Shown here: in pieces, positions 29,975 to 39,803 of the stretch
Layout of the letters: the number at the start of each line of letters is the position of its first letter
Numbering within the stretch: the stretch's first letter is position 1
NCBI GenBank assembly: GCA_041674625.1
Contig: JBAYVI010000001.1
Location: 11,421-75,420, forward strand
Source of the DNA: Melioribacteraceae bacterium
GTDB lineage: Bacteria > Bacteroidota > Ignavibacteria > Ignavibacteriales > Melioribacteraceae
DNA: 64,000 bases
Direction of reading: 5' to 3'
Translations under genes and position numbers: made by a program
Notes under the pieces: model-generated
Told to the model about the DNA's origin: nothing
What the model saw: only the letters and a program-made list of their open reading frames with translations
The model's database searches: none

Positions 29975-30287
29975 AAAATTAAGTGTATTTGATAGAATTA
30001 TACTTTTGAATATTTTACCTAATATTGAAGAAGTAGATAGAACGATGTTTGGACTTTATCATGATTTTTTAAAAGAGCTTTCGTTTACACAAGAAGAGCA
30101 TGATAAGTTTCAAATCACCCACGATGAAAATGGACAAGTGAAATGGACAAACAATGAAGAAAAAGAATTTATCATTTGTAATAAAGTACAAAATATAATT
30201 GTTGGTAGATTAAAAGCTTGCAAAGAAAAAGAATTGCTCCAAGAAGAACATTTGGAATTATATAATAAATTTGTTAATGAGGATTAA
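29964..30287 (+). CDS. hypothetical protein (107 aa)
   Basis: Track ORF with a GTG start. Confidence 0.45.
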   Translation: MENKKLSVFDRIILLNILPNIEEVDRTMFGLYHDFLKELSFTQEEHDKFQITHDENGQVKWTNNEEKEFIICNKVQNIIVGRLKACKEKELLQEEHLELYNKFVNED

Positions 30288-31856
30288 ATGATAACAATAA
30301 ATGGGTTAGATAGCGATGTGTTTAATGATCGAACTCCGGTAGATTTTACGAGTTTGCCATCTGCTGCCAGTAATAACGGTGTAGTCCGTAGGTGCAACCC
30401 ACTTGTTGCAGGCCAGGAGGATTTCTATGTGGTCAGCAACGGAACATCATGGCTGCCATATCACACTAAAAACCGGCCATTTATGGATTTGACGTATGCT
30501 CGGAAGGTGCAGGCCGCGCCTGTTACAATCACATCAAATGCCACAAACACCTCTGCGACTGCTCCCCTGCTGTGGCCAGCAACAAACTTTGCTAGCGGAA
30601 CAAGCAATGTTTTAACCGGTGGAAATTTTACATACACCAGATGCGGTAAAAATGTCAGACCATACTCTGCAACCGGAACTACTCTGGTCACTGCCGATAC
30701 CATTCAGTGGACTACAACCCCTACATATAACCGCTTGGAATTTGGTGTGAGGTTTTATCACACCGGCAGGTATTTGGACATTAAAACTGCGAATGGCTTG
30801 ATGATGGTTAAAGTTGATGGAGAATATACATCGCTAACGCCAATCGCAATCACTGGCATACTGTATAACTACATCGATTTTGGGTCTGTAGCCACCAGGC
30901 TTGTTGAGGTAGTTCTTACATCTGGGCTGTTCGGCGGCGTGTATACGGGGGCCACCGATACTATTTCATCAGCCCCAGCAAAGGGGCCGAAAACTGTAAT
31001 AGTTGGCGATTCGTTTTCTGGTGGAACGGGCACATCAGCCGAGATGGGGCTGCGGGGGGCGTTCCCGGCATGGTTTGCTGATCTGATTGGATGGGATGAC
31101 GTAATCGTTTCAGGCATTGGATCAACCGGATATTTGGCGGATGCGTCAGGCGTTGCAACCACATACCGCCAAAGAGTGCAACATGACGTGATTGATAACG
31201 CCCCAGACGTGATTGTTTTCACAGGTGGATACAATGACAGAGCACAGACAGGGGCGGCTATTTATGCAGAGGCCTGCTTGCTTTTTAAACAGGTACGTGA
31301 TGCCCTCCCGTTTGCTGAAGTAATTGTTTTCTCACCATTCTGGTACAAGGGATGCACGTCGTTTAAATCAGCGGCTGCTGACATTATACCAATACGTGAT
31401 GCCCTGAGAGATGCGGCAGCATTGTATAGCTGCCATTTCTGTGACATGCTCGAAATGGATCTGCCTATAGGTACGCCACTGGCTGCTGCTGGGTTGCTGA
31501 CCTCGAATATCACGGCTGGAGCAACCACGTTTGTTGCTGATACACTTTTCGCAGTGCCTGGAACAGTAACCATCGGTACTGACCGCGTGCGTTATTCATC
31601 TGTAAGCGGGACCGGTCCGTTCACCTACACATTACAGAGTGCTGGCACTATTTACCAGGCGCACAGTATCGGCGATGCCGTGACTCCGGTTGGCAACTCA
31701 TTTTGGACCGGGACCGGAAATGCCGCTGTGCCTACCGGGATAGGCAACTGCGATCTGATTACCACCTCTGCTGTGGATATTCATCCTACCGACACCGGCC
31801 ACAGGATGATCGGAGAGTATGTGGCGAAGAGGTTGCATGAGATATTGTCACAGTAG
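30288..31856 (+). CDS. SGNH/GDSL-type hydrolase domain protein (putative glycan esterase; fibre-like N-terminus)
   Basis: Block I VIVGDSFSGG, block III FTGGYNDR, block V DIHPTDTGH. It lies in a locally G+C-rich segment. Confidence 0.65.
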   Translation: MITINGLDSDVFNDRTPVDFTSLPSAASNNGVVRRCNPLVAGQEDFYVVSNGTSWLPYHTKNRPFMDLTYARKVQAAPVTITSNATNTSATAPLLWPATNFASGTSNVLTGGNFTYTRCGKNVRPYSATGTTLVTADTIQWTTTPTYNRLEFGVRFYHTGRYLDIKTANGLMMVKVDGEYTSLTPIAITGILYNYIDFGSVATRLVEVVLTSGLFGGVYTGATDTISSAPAKGPKTVIVGDSFSGGTGTSAEMGLRGAFPAWFADLIGWDDVIVSGIGSTGYLADASGVATTYRQRVQHDVIDNAPDVIVFTGGYNDRAQTGAAIYAEACLLFKQVRDALPFAEVIVFSPFWYKGCTSFKSAAADIIPIRDALRDAAALYSCHFCDMLEMDLPIGTPLAAAGLLTSNITAGATTFVADTLFAVPGTVTIGTDRVRYSSVSGTGPFTYTLQSAGTIYQAHSIGDAVTPVGNSFWTGTGNAAVPTGIGNCDLITTSAVDIHPTDTGHRMIGEYVAKRLHEILSQ

Positions 31857-31985
31857 TTGTGGACGGTATACGAGGATGGCGACGAGCTACCGTATGTGCC
31901 GCAATATATAGACCAAACTATGTGACGGTAGATGATTTATGATATTTTGTCAGATTAAATAATTAAATTATAAGAGGGACAATAT

Positions 31986-32309
31986 ATGAGAGTGAGTAGA
32001 GAGACAGCAGCATCCGGGGCAATATCACTAACAGTTGATCCTGGTATTCCATTTAGGTTAATAGCCATTAAAGTGCATTTGAGCGCAGTCGGTGGGGCTG
32101 GCAATTTAACCGCAACGACAGATTCAATTATCGGGGCTACTTATGACGCAGTATTAACTCTTCAAGATATGACCGCCGTAACAGATTATATTTATGTACC
32201 AGACAACCCGATCCCATTTGTAGATGGTGATAAAGTTGTAATTGCATGGGCTAATGCAAGTAATGTTACTTATGGGATAGAAGCGTTTTGGGTTCCAGAC
32301 AATATATAA
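31986..32309 (+). CDS. hypothetical protein (107 aa)
   Basis: Track ORF with an AGAGGGA SD. Confidence 0.5.
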   Translation: MRVSRETAASGAISLTVDPGIPFRLIAIKVHLSAVGGAGNLTATTDSIIGATYDAVLTLQDMTAVTDYIYVPDNPIPFVDGDKVVIAWANASNVTYGIEAFWVPDNI

Positions 32310-32312
32310 TCC

Positions 32313-34103
32313 ATGATACTTGAATCTTCCATAAAAAGATTTTCTGGGATATCTTCTGATTCCAAGCCAGATACCGATGTTCCATCTGGTTCTGAATTTT
32401 TTGAATTAGACACAGGAAATACTTTTAAATTCCATGATTCATCATGGTACCCATTTGGGATATCGATTAATGATGGTAATGGATTTAATATTGGTATAAA
32501 TAGCCCATTGCCTACTAATGGAGATTCTGTTTATTATAAAGATATTGATTTAGATAGGTGTAATATAACTGGATGGACAGGGACAGTACTTGATTTATTC
32601 ACTGGTGTTCATTCTGGTATAGAAAATACAGGTTCTAGTAATCCTAAAACAATTATTATTCATTTTGAAAGAACGATTGAGTTTGGTTCAGTCACCATAG
32701 GTAGTGCAGATGGAGGTAATTTTAGTAATGTCAAAGTGACTGTTAGAAATCCAGGTATAATTGAAACGATAGTTGTAGATGAGTCTAGCGATTCCACTAA
32801 TCTAACAAATAAAACGTATAACTTTGAAGATATACACAGGGTAGAATCATTAAAAATAGAATTTTATACCGCTGATATAGTTGAAGTAACACAAATATTT
32901 ATTCCAAAAATTAAAACTGTAAAAATTGACCCAAATAATAAAAGTCACCCTATACATTTTATAGATACTGATCATTCTGGAAGAGCTGCTCAGAATTCAA
33001 TTTTTGGAGATAGGATAGTAGGATGGAAAAAAACTTCAATGGCATTCCAATTTAATTATGGCTTTAGAACAAGAGATTTTACATTAACACAAACAAATGG
33101 AGGAACTGTAACTTCTTCTGATAGTGTTATTATATTATCTACAAGTACGAATGTTGGTGGAGTTGCTGCTGCTGAAACAGTAGATTCTTTAAGGTATGTC
33201 CCAGGTAATGAAGCGTACGCATTTTTTACAGCTATATTTTCTACTCCAAAGGTAAATTCATATCAAAGAGCCGGGATATTTGACTCTAAAAATGGATTTT
33301 TTATCGGGTATGAATGTACTGATTTTAAAATTACTAGAAGAATAAATCAAATTGACTACCCACAAACTATTGATGTTTCAAAAGTTCTACCATTAGAAGC
33401 ATTTGATCCAACAAAAGGTAATGTATATAAAATAAGTTTCGGATATCTCGGATTTGCAACAATAAATTTTGAAATAATGAATCCAGAGGGAGAATGGAAT
33501 TCAATTGGGCAGATTGAATTCCCAAATGCATATACTGAGACTAGCATTGCAAGTACAAATCTTCCAATGAGGGGAGAAGTAGGCAATACAGGTAATAATA
33601 CAGATATTGTAGTTAAAAGTGGAAGCATTACTGCTGGTATTATTGATGGCGGTGATGATGACCCAAGCGCAAGAAGTTATACATATAGCAGGGGAACTGC
33701 CACAATATCTGCTGGAGATAACATGTTGGTTGCTTTTAGAAATATAACTACATTTGCAGGTAGAACGAATAGGGTAAAGGCAATAGCGCAACTATTGACT
33801 TCTGCGACGGAAGGAACAAAGCCAGTTAGGTGGAAGATTGTTTTCAATCCAACATTTACAAATACCCCAACATGGGCAGCAATAAATTCAGACTCAATAA
33901 TTGAGTATTCAACAAATGCAACTATAACATTTGGGACTGGAGAAATAGGGACAGAATGGAATATGGCAAAAGCAGATTCATTTTTTGAAGATGTAGAATC
34001 TCTTGGAGGGCATATGTATCCTGGTCAAACTGCTGTAGTTGTCGTCAATTCTGCTGGATCAAACGATACTGAATTTTCTATTAGATGGAAGGAGCTATTT
34101 TAA
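32313..34103 (+). CDS. large structural-type protein (596 aa; beta-rich, fibre/decoration candidate)
   Basis: Track ORF. The composition is Ser/Thr/Asn/Gly-rich and beta-like. No catalytic motif recognised. Confidence 0.55.
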   Translation: MILESSIKRFSGISSDSKPDTDVPSGSEFFELDTGNTFKFHDSSWYPFGISINDGNGFNIGINSPLPTNGDSVYYKDIDLDRCNITGWTGTVLDLFTGVHSGIENTGSSNPKTIIIHFERTIEFGSVTIGSADGGNFSNVKVTVRNPGIIETIVVDESSDSTNLTNKTYNFEDIHRVESLKIEFYTADIVEVTQIFIPKIKTVKIDPNNKSHPIHFIDTDHSGRAAQNSIFGDRIVGWKKTSMAFQFNYGFRTRDFTLTQTNGGTVTSSDSVIILSTSTNVGGVAAAETVDSLRYVPGNEAYAFFTAIFSTPKVNSYQRAGIFDSKNGFFIGYECTDFKITRRINQIDYPQTIDVSKVLPLEAFDPTKGNVYKISFGYLGFATINFEIMNPEGEWNSIGQIEFPNAYTETSIASTNLPMRGEVGNTGNNTDIVVKSGSITAGIIDGGDDDPSARSYTYSRGTATISAGDNMLVAFRNITTFAGRTNRVKAIAQLLTSATEGTKPVRWKIVFNPTFTNTPTWAAINSDSIIEYSTNATITFGTGEIGTEWNMAKADSFFEDVESLGGHMYPGQTAVVVVNSAGSNDTEFSIRWKELF

Positions 34104-34253
34104 ATGAAATTAGGATATAGAATTTCTGGGTTACACGTAGAAAATGTTATAGGTAGTATAATTAAATTTTCTATATTTTCTTTACCATTCGCGATTTGGA
34201 AAATGTCTGAAGTGTTTATTGTATTTGTTAATATTATAAATTCTTTGAAGTAA
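34104..34253 (+). CDS. small hydrophobic protein (49 aa)
   Basis: Hand-translated MKLGYRISGLHVENVIGSIIKFSIFSLPFAIWKMSEVFIVFVNIINSLK. It exactly fills the gap (TAAATG start), and its stop abuts the next gene. Confidence 0.35.
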   Translation: MKLGYRISGLHVENVIGSIIKFSIFSLPFAIWKMSEVFIVFVNIINSLK

Positions 34254-35417
34254 GTGAATGATATGGCGATAACTACACTAGATGATATTTTAGAGTTTCT
34301 GGATCTGGATACGGCATATTTTGTTATTACGCCATCAAATAATGTATTAAATTTTACTTCATCTTCGGGTGGCCCTGTCGATATCACATTGACAGATGGT
34401 AATTATGATGGGGTAACATTGGCCTCTCATTTACAAACGCAAATGAACGCCAATACGACATTAACTGGGACAGGAACAATAACATTTGCTATATCATATA
34501 GCACTACAACAAGAAAATTCACAATCAATTCTGGAACTGGCAAAACTGTTGCGTACACTCATACATCTTCTGATGCTGGTTTAACGTTTGGTTTTACAGC
34601 AAATAAAACCGCTGCGCAAACCATAGTATCTGACATAGAAGCTGGAGATCCTAGTCAAATTGTATCTAGTATCAAGGATTCTACTGAAACACTCGTTTCG
34701 GAATATTGTAATAGGATATTTGAAGAAACATCTTATACTTGTGAGAGATATGACGGAAATAATAAAGGTATTTTAACTCTTAAAAATTTCCCGGTTACAG
34801 CGGTAGATAAAGTTTCAATTGGGACTTTAGATGTTATTCAGATTAGCAATTCCAACCAGACTTCTACAGCTTCCGTTTCTGCTACTACTACGGGTCTCAG
34901 GCTTGTTTTAGACGGCACGGCGGATACCAGTATTACTTATGCCGCAAACGCGACTATGACGGCTGTAGTAAACGCTGTGAACGCGTTAGGAAATGGATGG
35001 GCGGCTAGACTTAATTCTAGTATTTACGGTAATTTTAAATCAACCGAAATTATCCCAAGGTATGGATTGAATGCGATTGATACAAATTGGGTAGATCTGT
35101 CGATGGTTGATGACCCATTAGATGATATTGATGTTTACCTTGAAAGAGGGCAAATATTAAAATATGGAGGGTGGCCTAAAGGAACTAGAAATATTTATAT
35201 AGATTATACTGCTGGATTTACATCTGACAATATGCCGAATGATTTAAAATTAGCTGTAAAAATTCTAGTAAAATTTTTCTATAATAAAATGGATGATGAT
35301 AGCTATGGAGTGGAAGAGTACAGAGCGCATAATTTATGGGCTTCGTTTAACAAAGAAGAAACAATTCCAAAAGAAGCTAAAATGATATTAATGAGATATA
35401 AAAGGTTTCATACATAA
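34254..35417 (+). CDS. head-tail connector (gp6-like) with extended middle domain
   Basis: N-terminus ITTLDDILEFLDLD and C-terminus LKLAVKILVKFFYNKMDD are typical of gp6-like connectors. The start is GTG 34254 or ATG 34263. Confidence 0.6.
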   Translation: MNDMAITTLDDILEFLDLDTAYFVITPSNNVLNFTSSSGGPVDITLTDGNYDGVTLASHLQTQMNANTTLTGTGTITFAISYSTTTRKFTINSGTGKTVAYTHTSSDAGLTFGFTANKTAAQTIVSDIEAGDPSQIVSSIKDSTETLVSEYCNRIFEETSYTCERYDGNNKGILTLKNFPVTAVDKVSIGTLDVIQISNSNQTSTASVSATTTGLRLVLDGTADTSITYAANATMTAVVNAVNALGNGWAARLNSSIYGNFKSTEIIPRYGLNAIDTNWVDLSMVDDPLDDIDVYLERGQILKYGGWPKGTRNIYIDYTAGFTSDNMPNDLKLAVKILVKFFYNKMDDDSYGVEEYRAHNLWASFNKEETIPKEAKMILMRYKRFHT

Positions 35418-35734
35418 TGCCTGGACCAAAAGCTACTTTAGAGTTGCAGAGGAAAACTGATGTTAGTGATGGAATGGGTGGTTTTACTTCTGTATGGTAT
35501 GGTAAGGCAAGCCTAAAGGGTACATTTACTTCAGTTGATAAATGGGAAAAATTTATTGCTGATTCTACTAAGGTGAAATCTACGCATTGGTTCCATGTGA
35601 GATACCAGGAAGGAATTGTACCAACTTCAAAAGATAGGTTTAGAAATGGTTCTGAAATTTATGAAATTATTTTAGTTGATAATGTTGCTTTAAAAAATAG
35701 ATTTTGGGAATTCTTTCTAGCTAAGATAGAATAG
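35417..35734 (+). CDS. head-tail adaptor / head-closure protein
   Basis: DGMGGFTSVWYGKASLKGTF...THWFHVRY matches the head-tail joining family pattern. Gene order supports the call. Confidence 0.65.
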   Translation: MPGPKATLELQRKTDVSDGMGGFTSVWYGKASLKGTFTSVDKWEKFIADSTKVKSTHWFHVRYQEGIVPTSKDRFRNGSEIYEIILVDNVALKNRFWEFFLAKIE

Positions 35735-35741
35735 GTGGATA

Positions 35742-36206
35742 ATGGCAAGAGTTACCTGGAATAGTAAACAAGTTATAGATTCTATAAAAGCAACTCAATC
35801 ACAGTCGATGAATGACGCTTGTGAATTTTTAAGTGATAAAATAAAGGATTCCATGAAGCCTGGAACTGGTAGATGGTGGCCTTCTAAAAAGGGCGATGGC
35901 TCTTTACACCAAGCTTCGATCCCTAATACAGCACCAGCCCCAGATACGGAAGAATTGAAAAATTCAATTTCTTGGGCGGCATCAACTGGTAGTAGCGGTG
36001 GGGGAGAAGGTAGTGAAAAAGTAACCGCACCTTTTTACGGCGCGAATACCAATATCATTGCTGGGAAAATAGGAACAACTAACGGAAAAGGTATTCTCCA
36101 TGAGATGGCTTGGACGATTGACGGAGCTAAAAGACCGTTTATAAGACCAGCATTCACTGAAAGCGAAGATGAATTAATCAGAATACTTGGGAAAAATAAA
36201 ATATGA
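35742..36206 (+). CDS. HK97 gp10-like tail-proximal protein
   Basis: Size, position and the ELKNSISW motif. Confidence 0.55.
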   Translation: MARVTWNSKQVIDSIKATQSQSMNDACEFLSDKIKDSMKPGTGRWWPSKKGDGSLHQASIPNTAPAPDTEELKNSISWAASTGSSGGGEGSEKVTAPFYGANTNIIAGKIGTTNGKGILHEMAWTIDGAKRPFIRPAFTESEDELIRILGKNKI

Positions 36207-36625
36207 GTATAAGCGAATTAGCAACAGGGGTATATAATTATTCACAAGTAGCGAGTAATTTTAAAACGAGTATCAATGGTAGGGTTTATCAAGTTCGTGC
36301 TCCTCAAAATCCTACATATCCATTTGTTATATTCTTCTTCCCTGTCGATACCATTACGCATTTTATGAACGAACAAGCTGTAGCGGCAAATGCAGTATTA
36401 AATATTAGTTTACAGTTTAATATTTATTCTCAAAATCAGTCCACAAGTGAAATTAATACCATAGATGGATATTTAACGGATAGATTTGATTTCGCTAACT
36501 TAACTGTATCTGGATATTATTGCTTTGATTTGTATAGAACTCATAAAATCCCCCCTATGTGGGTAGAAGACATCCAAGGTTATATTTCTTCCGTAATTTA
36601 TCAAGTGCAATTACAAAAAAATTAA
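36203..36625 (+). CDS. tail completion/terminator protein (DUF3168-like)
   Basis: VYQVRAPQNPTYPFVIF pattern and position. Confidence 0.55.
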   Translation: MSISELATGVYNYSQVASNFKTSINGRVYQVRAPQNPTYPFVIFFFPVDTITHFMNEQAVAANAVLNISLQFNIYSQNQSTSEINTIDGYLTDRFDFANLTVSGYYCFDLYRTHKIPPMWVEDIQGYISSVIYQVQLQKN

Positions 36626-36650
36626 AGTTTCTGCAATTTTTACCGATAAG
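36622..36650 (+). promoter_or_regulatory. sigma-28/FliA-type promoter-like motif directly upstream of the glycan island
   Basis: TTAAAGTTT-N12-ACCGATAAG. The -10-like element ends only 6 nt before ATG 36657. Confidence 0.35.
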
Positions 36651-36656
36651 CAATTC

Positions 36657-37283
36657 ATGAAAAATATTAAACTTGCAATAGCAGTCCCATTAAGTCATAA
36701 CAGCGTTCCATTACAGTTCTTCGAGTCATATGTAGCGATGTTGAAGCCATGTAGACATATGTTCATTCATGCTAGTAGCTATCAAGGTGTCGATCATATG
36801 CGCAATCAGTTAATTGAAGGAGCAATAGTATACAATTGTTCACATATATTATTCCTTGATGTAGACCATCGGCATCATCCAGAAACAATTACAAAACTAT
36901 TATCTCATAAATTGCCCATTGTCTCAGGTCTTTCATATATGCGCAATGCTGATTATGAACCATGTATGTTTCGTGGGATGATAAATAAATATGAAACGAT
37001 TACAGAGTGGGAAGAAAATTCTTTGGTTGAAGTAGATAGTGTTGGCGCTGCCTGTTTATTAGTTGATATGAAAGTATTTAACGACATACAAAGGCCATAT
37101 TTCAAATTTATGGAAAATCCCGACCCAACTGCAAAATATGGAATAGGAGAAGACGTAGTATTCTGCAATAAGGCAAAACAAGCAGGATATAAAATTTATG
37201 TAGACACAAGCTGTACTAATAAACACATTGGACAAATTGAAGTAGATGGAGATATTTATAAAAAATGGAATGGTGCTAATTAA
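36657..37283 (+). CDS. GT-A fold glycosyltransferase (paralog 2)
   Basis: LFLDVDHRHHPETITKLLSH, GEDVVFCNKAKQAGYKIYVDTS and HIG. Confidence 0.7.
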   Translation: MKNIKLAIAVPLSHNSVPLQFFESYVAMLKPCRHMFIHASSYQGVDHMRNQLIEGAIVYNCSHILFLDVDHRHHPETITKLLSHKLPIVSGLSYMRNADYEPCMFRGMINKYETITEWEENSLVEVDSVGAACLLVDMKVFNDIQRPYFKFMENPDPTAKYGIGEDVVFCNKAKQAGYKIYVDTSCTNKHIGQIEVDGDIYKKWNGAN

Positions 37284-37855
37284 TGTTAAACTATAAAGAT
37301 GTATACAATAAAGTTTATTCTGAAAAAGATGATTATGGAGACATAAAGCATTCAAGGCCAGATTTAAAAGAAAAAGTTATTTTGGACTTTATCGATAACA
37401 AAGATGGGACGGTATTGGATATCGGTTCTGGTTCTGGTTATTATTTATCCTCATTGATTAATCATGGAATACACGCCTTCGGTATAGAAGTTAGTGATAT
37501 TTGCTGTGAAAAATATCTAACAAGCTTACCACATAAATGTACAGATATAATTAAATATTCTAAATTCAATACCACTCCTAAATTTGATTATGCAATATGC
37601 AACGATTTTATTGAACATATTTATATTGAAGATTTAGACAGCGTGTTAAAATCAATTGTTAAATTAAGTGGCGATTGTTTATTTGGAATTGCTAATCACA
37701 ATGAATTTTTGTGCGGTATGCAAATTCACCAGATAGTCCAAGGTGTTAACTTTTGGATTGAAAAACTAAATGAATACTATAAAAATGTAGAATTGGTTTC
37801 TATTTTAATGGATTCTAGGTTCTTTTTTGTAAAATGTTCTAACAAAAAAAGATGA
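37283..37855 (+). CDS. class I SAM-dependent methyltransferase
   Basis: Motif I VLDIGSGSGYY with a downstream acidic loop. Confidence 0.7.
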   Translation: MLNYKDVYNKVYSEKDDYGDIKHSRPDLKEKVILDFIDNKDGTVLDIGSGSGYYLSSLINHGIHAFGIEVSDICCEKYLTSLPHKCTDIIKYSKFNTTPKFDYAICNDFIEHIYIEDLDSVLKSIVKLSGDCLFGIANHNEFLCGMQIHQIVQGVNFWIEKLNEYYKNVELVSILMDSRFFFVKCSNKKR

Positions 37856-37942
37856 TATTTCAGAAACTAATGAAGGATTTTATGACGCTATCAAATCAAC
37901 TAATACTGATGAGACTAATAATTTATCGGGTGAGTTAATTAA

Positions 37943-38800
37943 ATGAAAATTTTGGTCTTAGGTGCTAGTGGGATGCTTGGCAGTTCTATGCTAAATGTAA
38001 TGAGCGAAAATAAAAAATTAGATGTATTCGGAACAGTAAGGGGAAAATCAGATAAGAAATTTTTTACCCAACAAATCCAAGATAAAGTTCTCCATAACGT
38101 AAATATAGAAAATGAAAATACATTAAATGGATTGTTCGTTTCTTTAAAGCCAGACGTAGTTATTAATTGTGTTGGGATAGTAAAGCAAATTGATGACGCG
38201 AATAGTCCGTTAAAATCTATAGCTATAAATTCTTTGTTCCCCCATAAATTGAAATCATTATGCGATTCTTTTGATTCTAGGTTAATACATATCAGTACAG
38301 ATTGTGTATTCTCTGGTAAATATGGGATGTATAAAGAAGAAGATGTCTCTGACTGTACAGATTTTTATGGCAAGACTAAATATTTAGGAGAGGTTATTTC
38401 AGATAGATCGTTAACGATAAGAACCTCTATAATTGGCCCAGAGTTAAAAACGAACCATGGATTACTTAACTGGTTTTTAAGTCAAGGAAAAGAATGCAAT
38501 GGGTATAGCAATGCGGTTTTTAGTGGTTTCCCAACTGTAGTATTGTCCCAGATATTAAGAGATATCATTATTCACGATGAGTCGATTAGTGGGTTATATA
38601 ACATTGCTTCTGAAAAAATTTCAAAATTTGATTTACTGAGATTAATAGCTGATATTTATAAAAAAGATATTAAAATTAATGACTATAAAGATTTTACAAT
38701 CGATAGGTCTTTAGATGGTTCTAAATTTAATTTAAAGTCTGGGTACATAACTCCTAATTGGGAAAGCATGATTAATACAATGAGAGGTATTAATGTTTAG
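37943..38800 (+). CDS. RmlD-like NAD(P)-dependent sugar 4-reductase
   Basis: MKILVLGASGMLGS Rossmann motif and a YGKTK catalytic-type motif. 285 aa. Confidence 0.75.
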   Translation: MKILVLGASGMLGSSMLNVMSENKKLDVFGTVRGKSDKKFFTQQIQDKVLHNVNIENENTLNGLFVSLKPDVVINCVGIVKQIDDANSPLKSIAINSLFPHKLKSLCDSFDSRLIHISTDCVFSGKYGMYKEEDVSDCTDFYGKTKYLGEVISDRSLTIRTSIIGPELKTNHGLLNWFLSQGKECNGYSNAVFSGFPTVVLSQILRDIIIHDESISGLYNIASEKISKFDLLRLIADIYKKDIKINDYKDFTIDRSLDGSKFNLKSGYITPNWESMINTMRGINV

Positions 38801-39803
38801 TAACAAAACGGTATTAATAACAGGTGGAACGGGATCATTTGGGAGCGTTGTCGCGAAACGGTTACTGACTAACAACGTAAAAGAAGTTCGGATATTTAGC
38901 CGCGACGAAAAGAAACAAGAAGATATGAGAATCTCGGTGAACGATGCGAGATTGAAATTCTATATTGGTGATGTCAGAGATTACGGTAGTGTTGATTCTG
39001 CGATGATAGGGGTCAATTATGTATTCAATGCCGCCGCACTTAAGCAAGTACCTTCATGCGAATTTTTCCCAATGGAGGCGATAAAAACCAATGTTATTGG
39101 TGCCGATAATGTGATGAGTTCTGCAATAAAGAATAATGTAGAGCGGGTTGTTATTTTAAGTACTGATAAATCTGTTTATCCAATTAATGCAATGGGCATG
39201 ACGAAAGCTATTTCTGAAAAGGTAATGGTCTCAAAGGCGATGAAACAACGTGCTGGAGAAACGGTATTATGTGCTACTAGATATGGTAATGTAATGGCTT
39301 CCCGTGGATCTGTAATTCCCTTGTTTGTATCTCAATTAAAAAATAATGAGGAATTAACGGTAACAGACCCAGATATGACAAGATTTCTTATGTCCTTAGA
39401 CGATTCAATAGATTTGGTATTTTATGCTTTGATAAATGGTGGACAAGGTGATATTTTTGTTCAAAAGTCTCCAGCATCGACCGTGGGTGTTTTGGCCCAA
39501 GCATTAAAAGAAATGTTTGCAAAAGATAATAATATAAAAATTATTGGAACTCGACACGGAGAAAAATTATTTGAATCACTTATTTCAAGGGAAGAGATGG
39601 TAAGAGCCGTTGATCATGGGGATTATTATTGTATTAATCCGGATAATAGGGATTTAAATTATAATAAGTATTTCGATTCAGGAAATACGAATATTGATAA
39701 GATACAAGATTACACTTCACATAATACTACTAGATTGAGCATTGAAGAAACTAAAGAATTGTTGTTTTCATTGGATTATATTAAGGAAGAGTTGAATGCT
39801 TAA
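38793..39803 (+). CDS. UDP-GlcNAc 4,6-dehydratase/5-epimerase (CapE/FnlA/WbvB family)
   Basis: LITGGTGSFGS, IFSRDEKKQ, AAALKQVPSCEFFP, INAMGMTK (MxxxK), YGNVMASRGSVIPLF and IIGTRHGEK. It closely resembles S. aureus CapE as I remember it. Confidence 0.85.
   Translation: MFSNKTVLITGGTGSFGSVVAKRLLTNNVKEVRIFSRDEKKQEDMRISVNDARLKFYIGDVRDYGSVDSAMIGVNYVFNAAALKQVPSCEFFPMEAIKTNVIGADNVMSSAIKNNVERVVILSTDKSVYPINAMGMTKAISEKVMVSKAMKQRAGETVLCATRYGNVMASRGSVIPLFVSQLKNNEELTVTDPDMTRFLMSLDDSIDLVFYALINGGQGDIFVQKSPASTVGVLAQALKEMFAKDNNIKIIGTRHGEKLFESLISREEMVRAVDHGDYYCINPDNRDLNYNKYFDSGNTNIDKIQDYTSHNTTRLSIEETKELLFSLDYIKEELNA

Noticed and set aside
30461-31573. Several 67-121-aa minus-strand ORFs inside the SGNH gene
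   Set aside because: These are the expected artefact of a locally G+C-rich coding region with few antisense stops. The sense strand carries SGNH blocks I, III and V.
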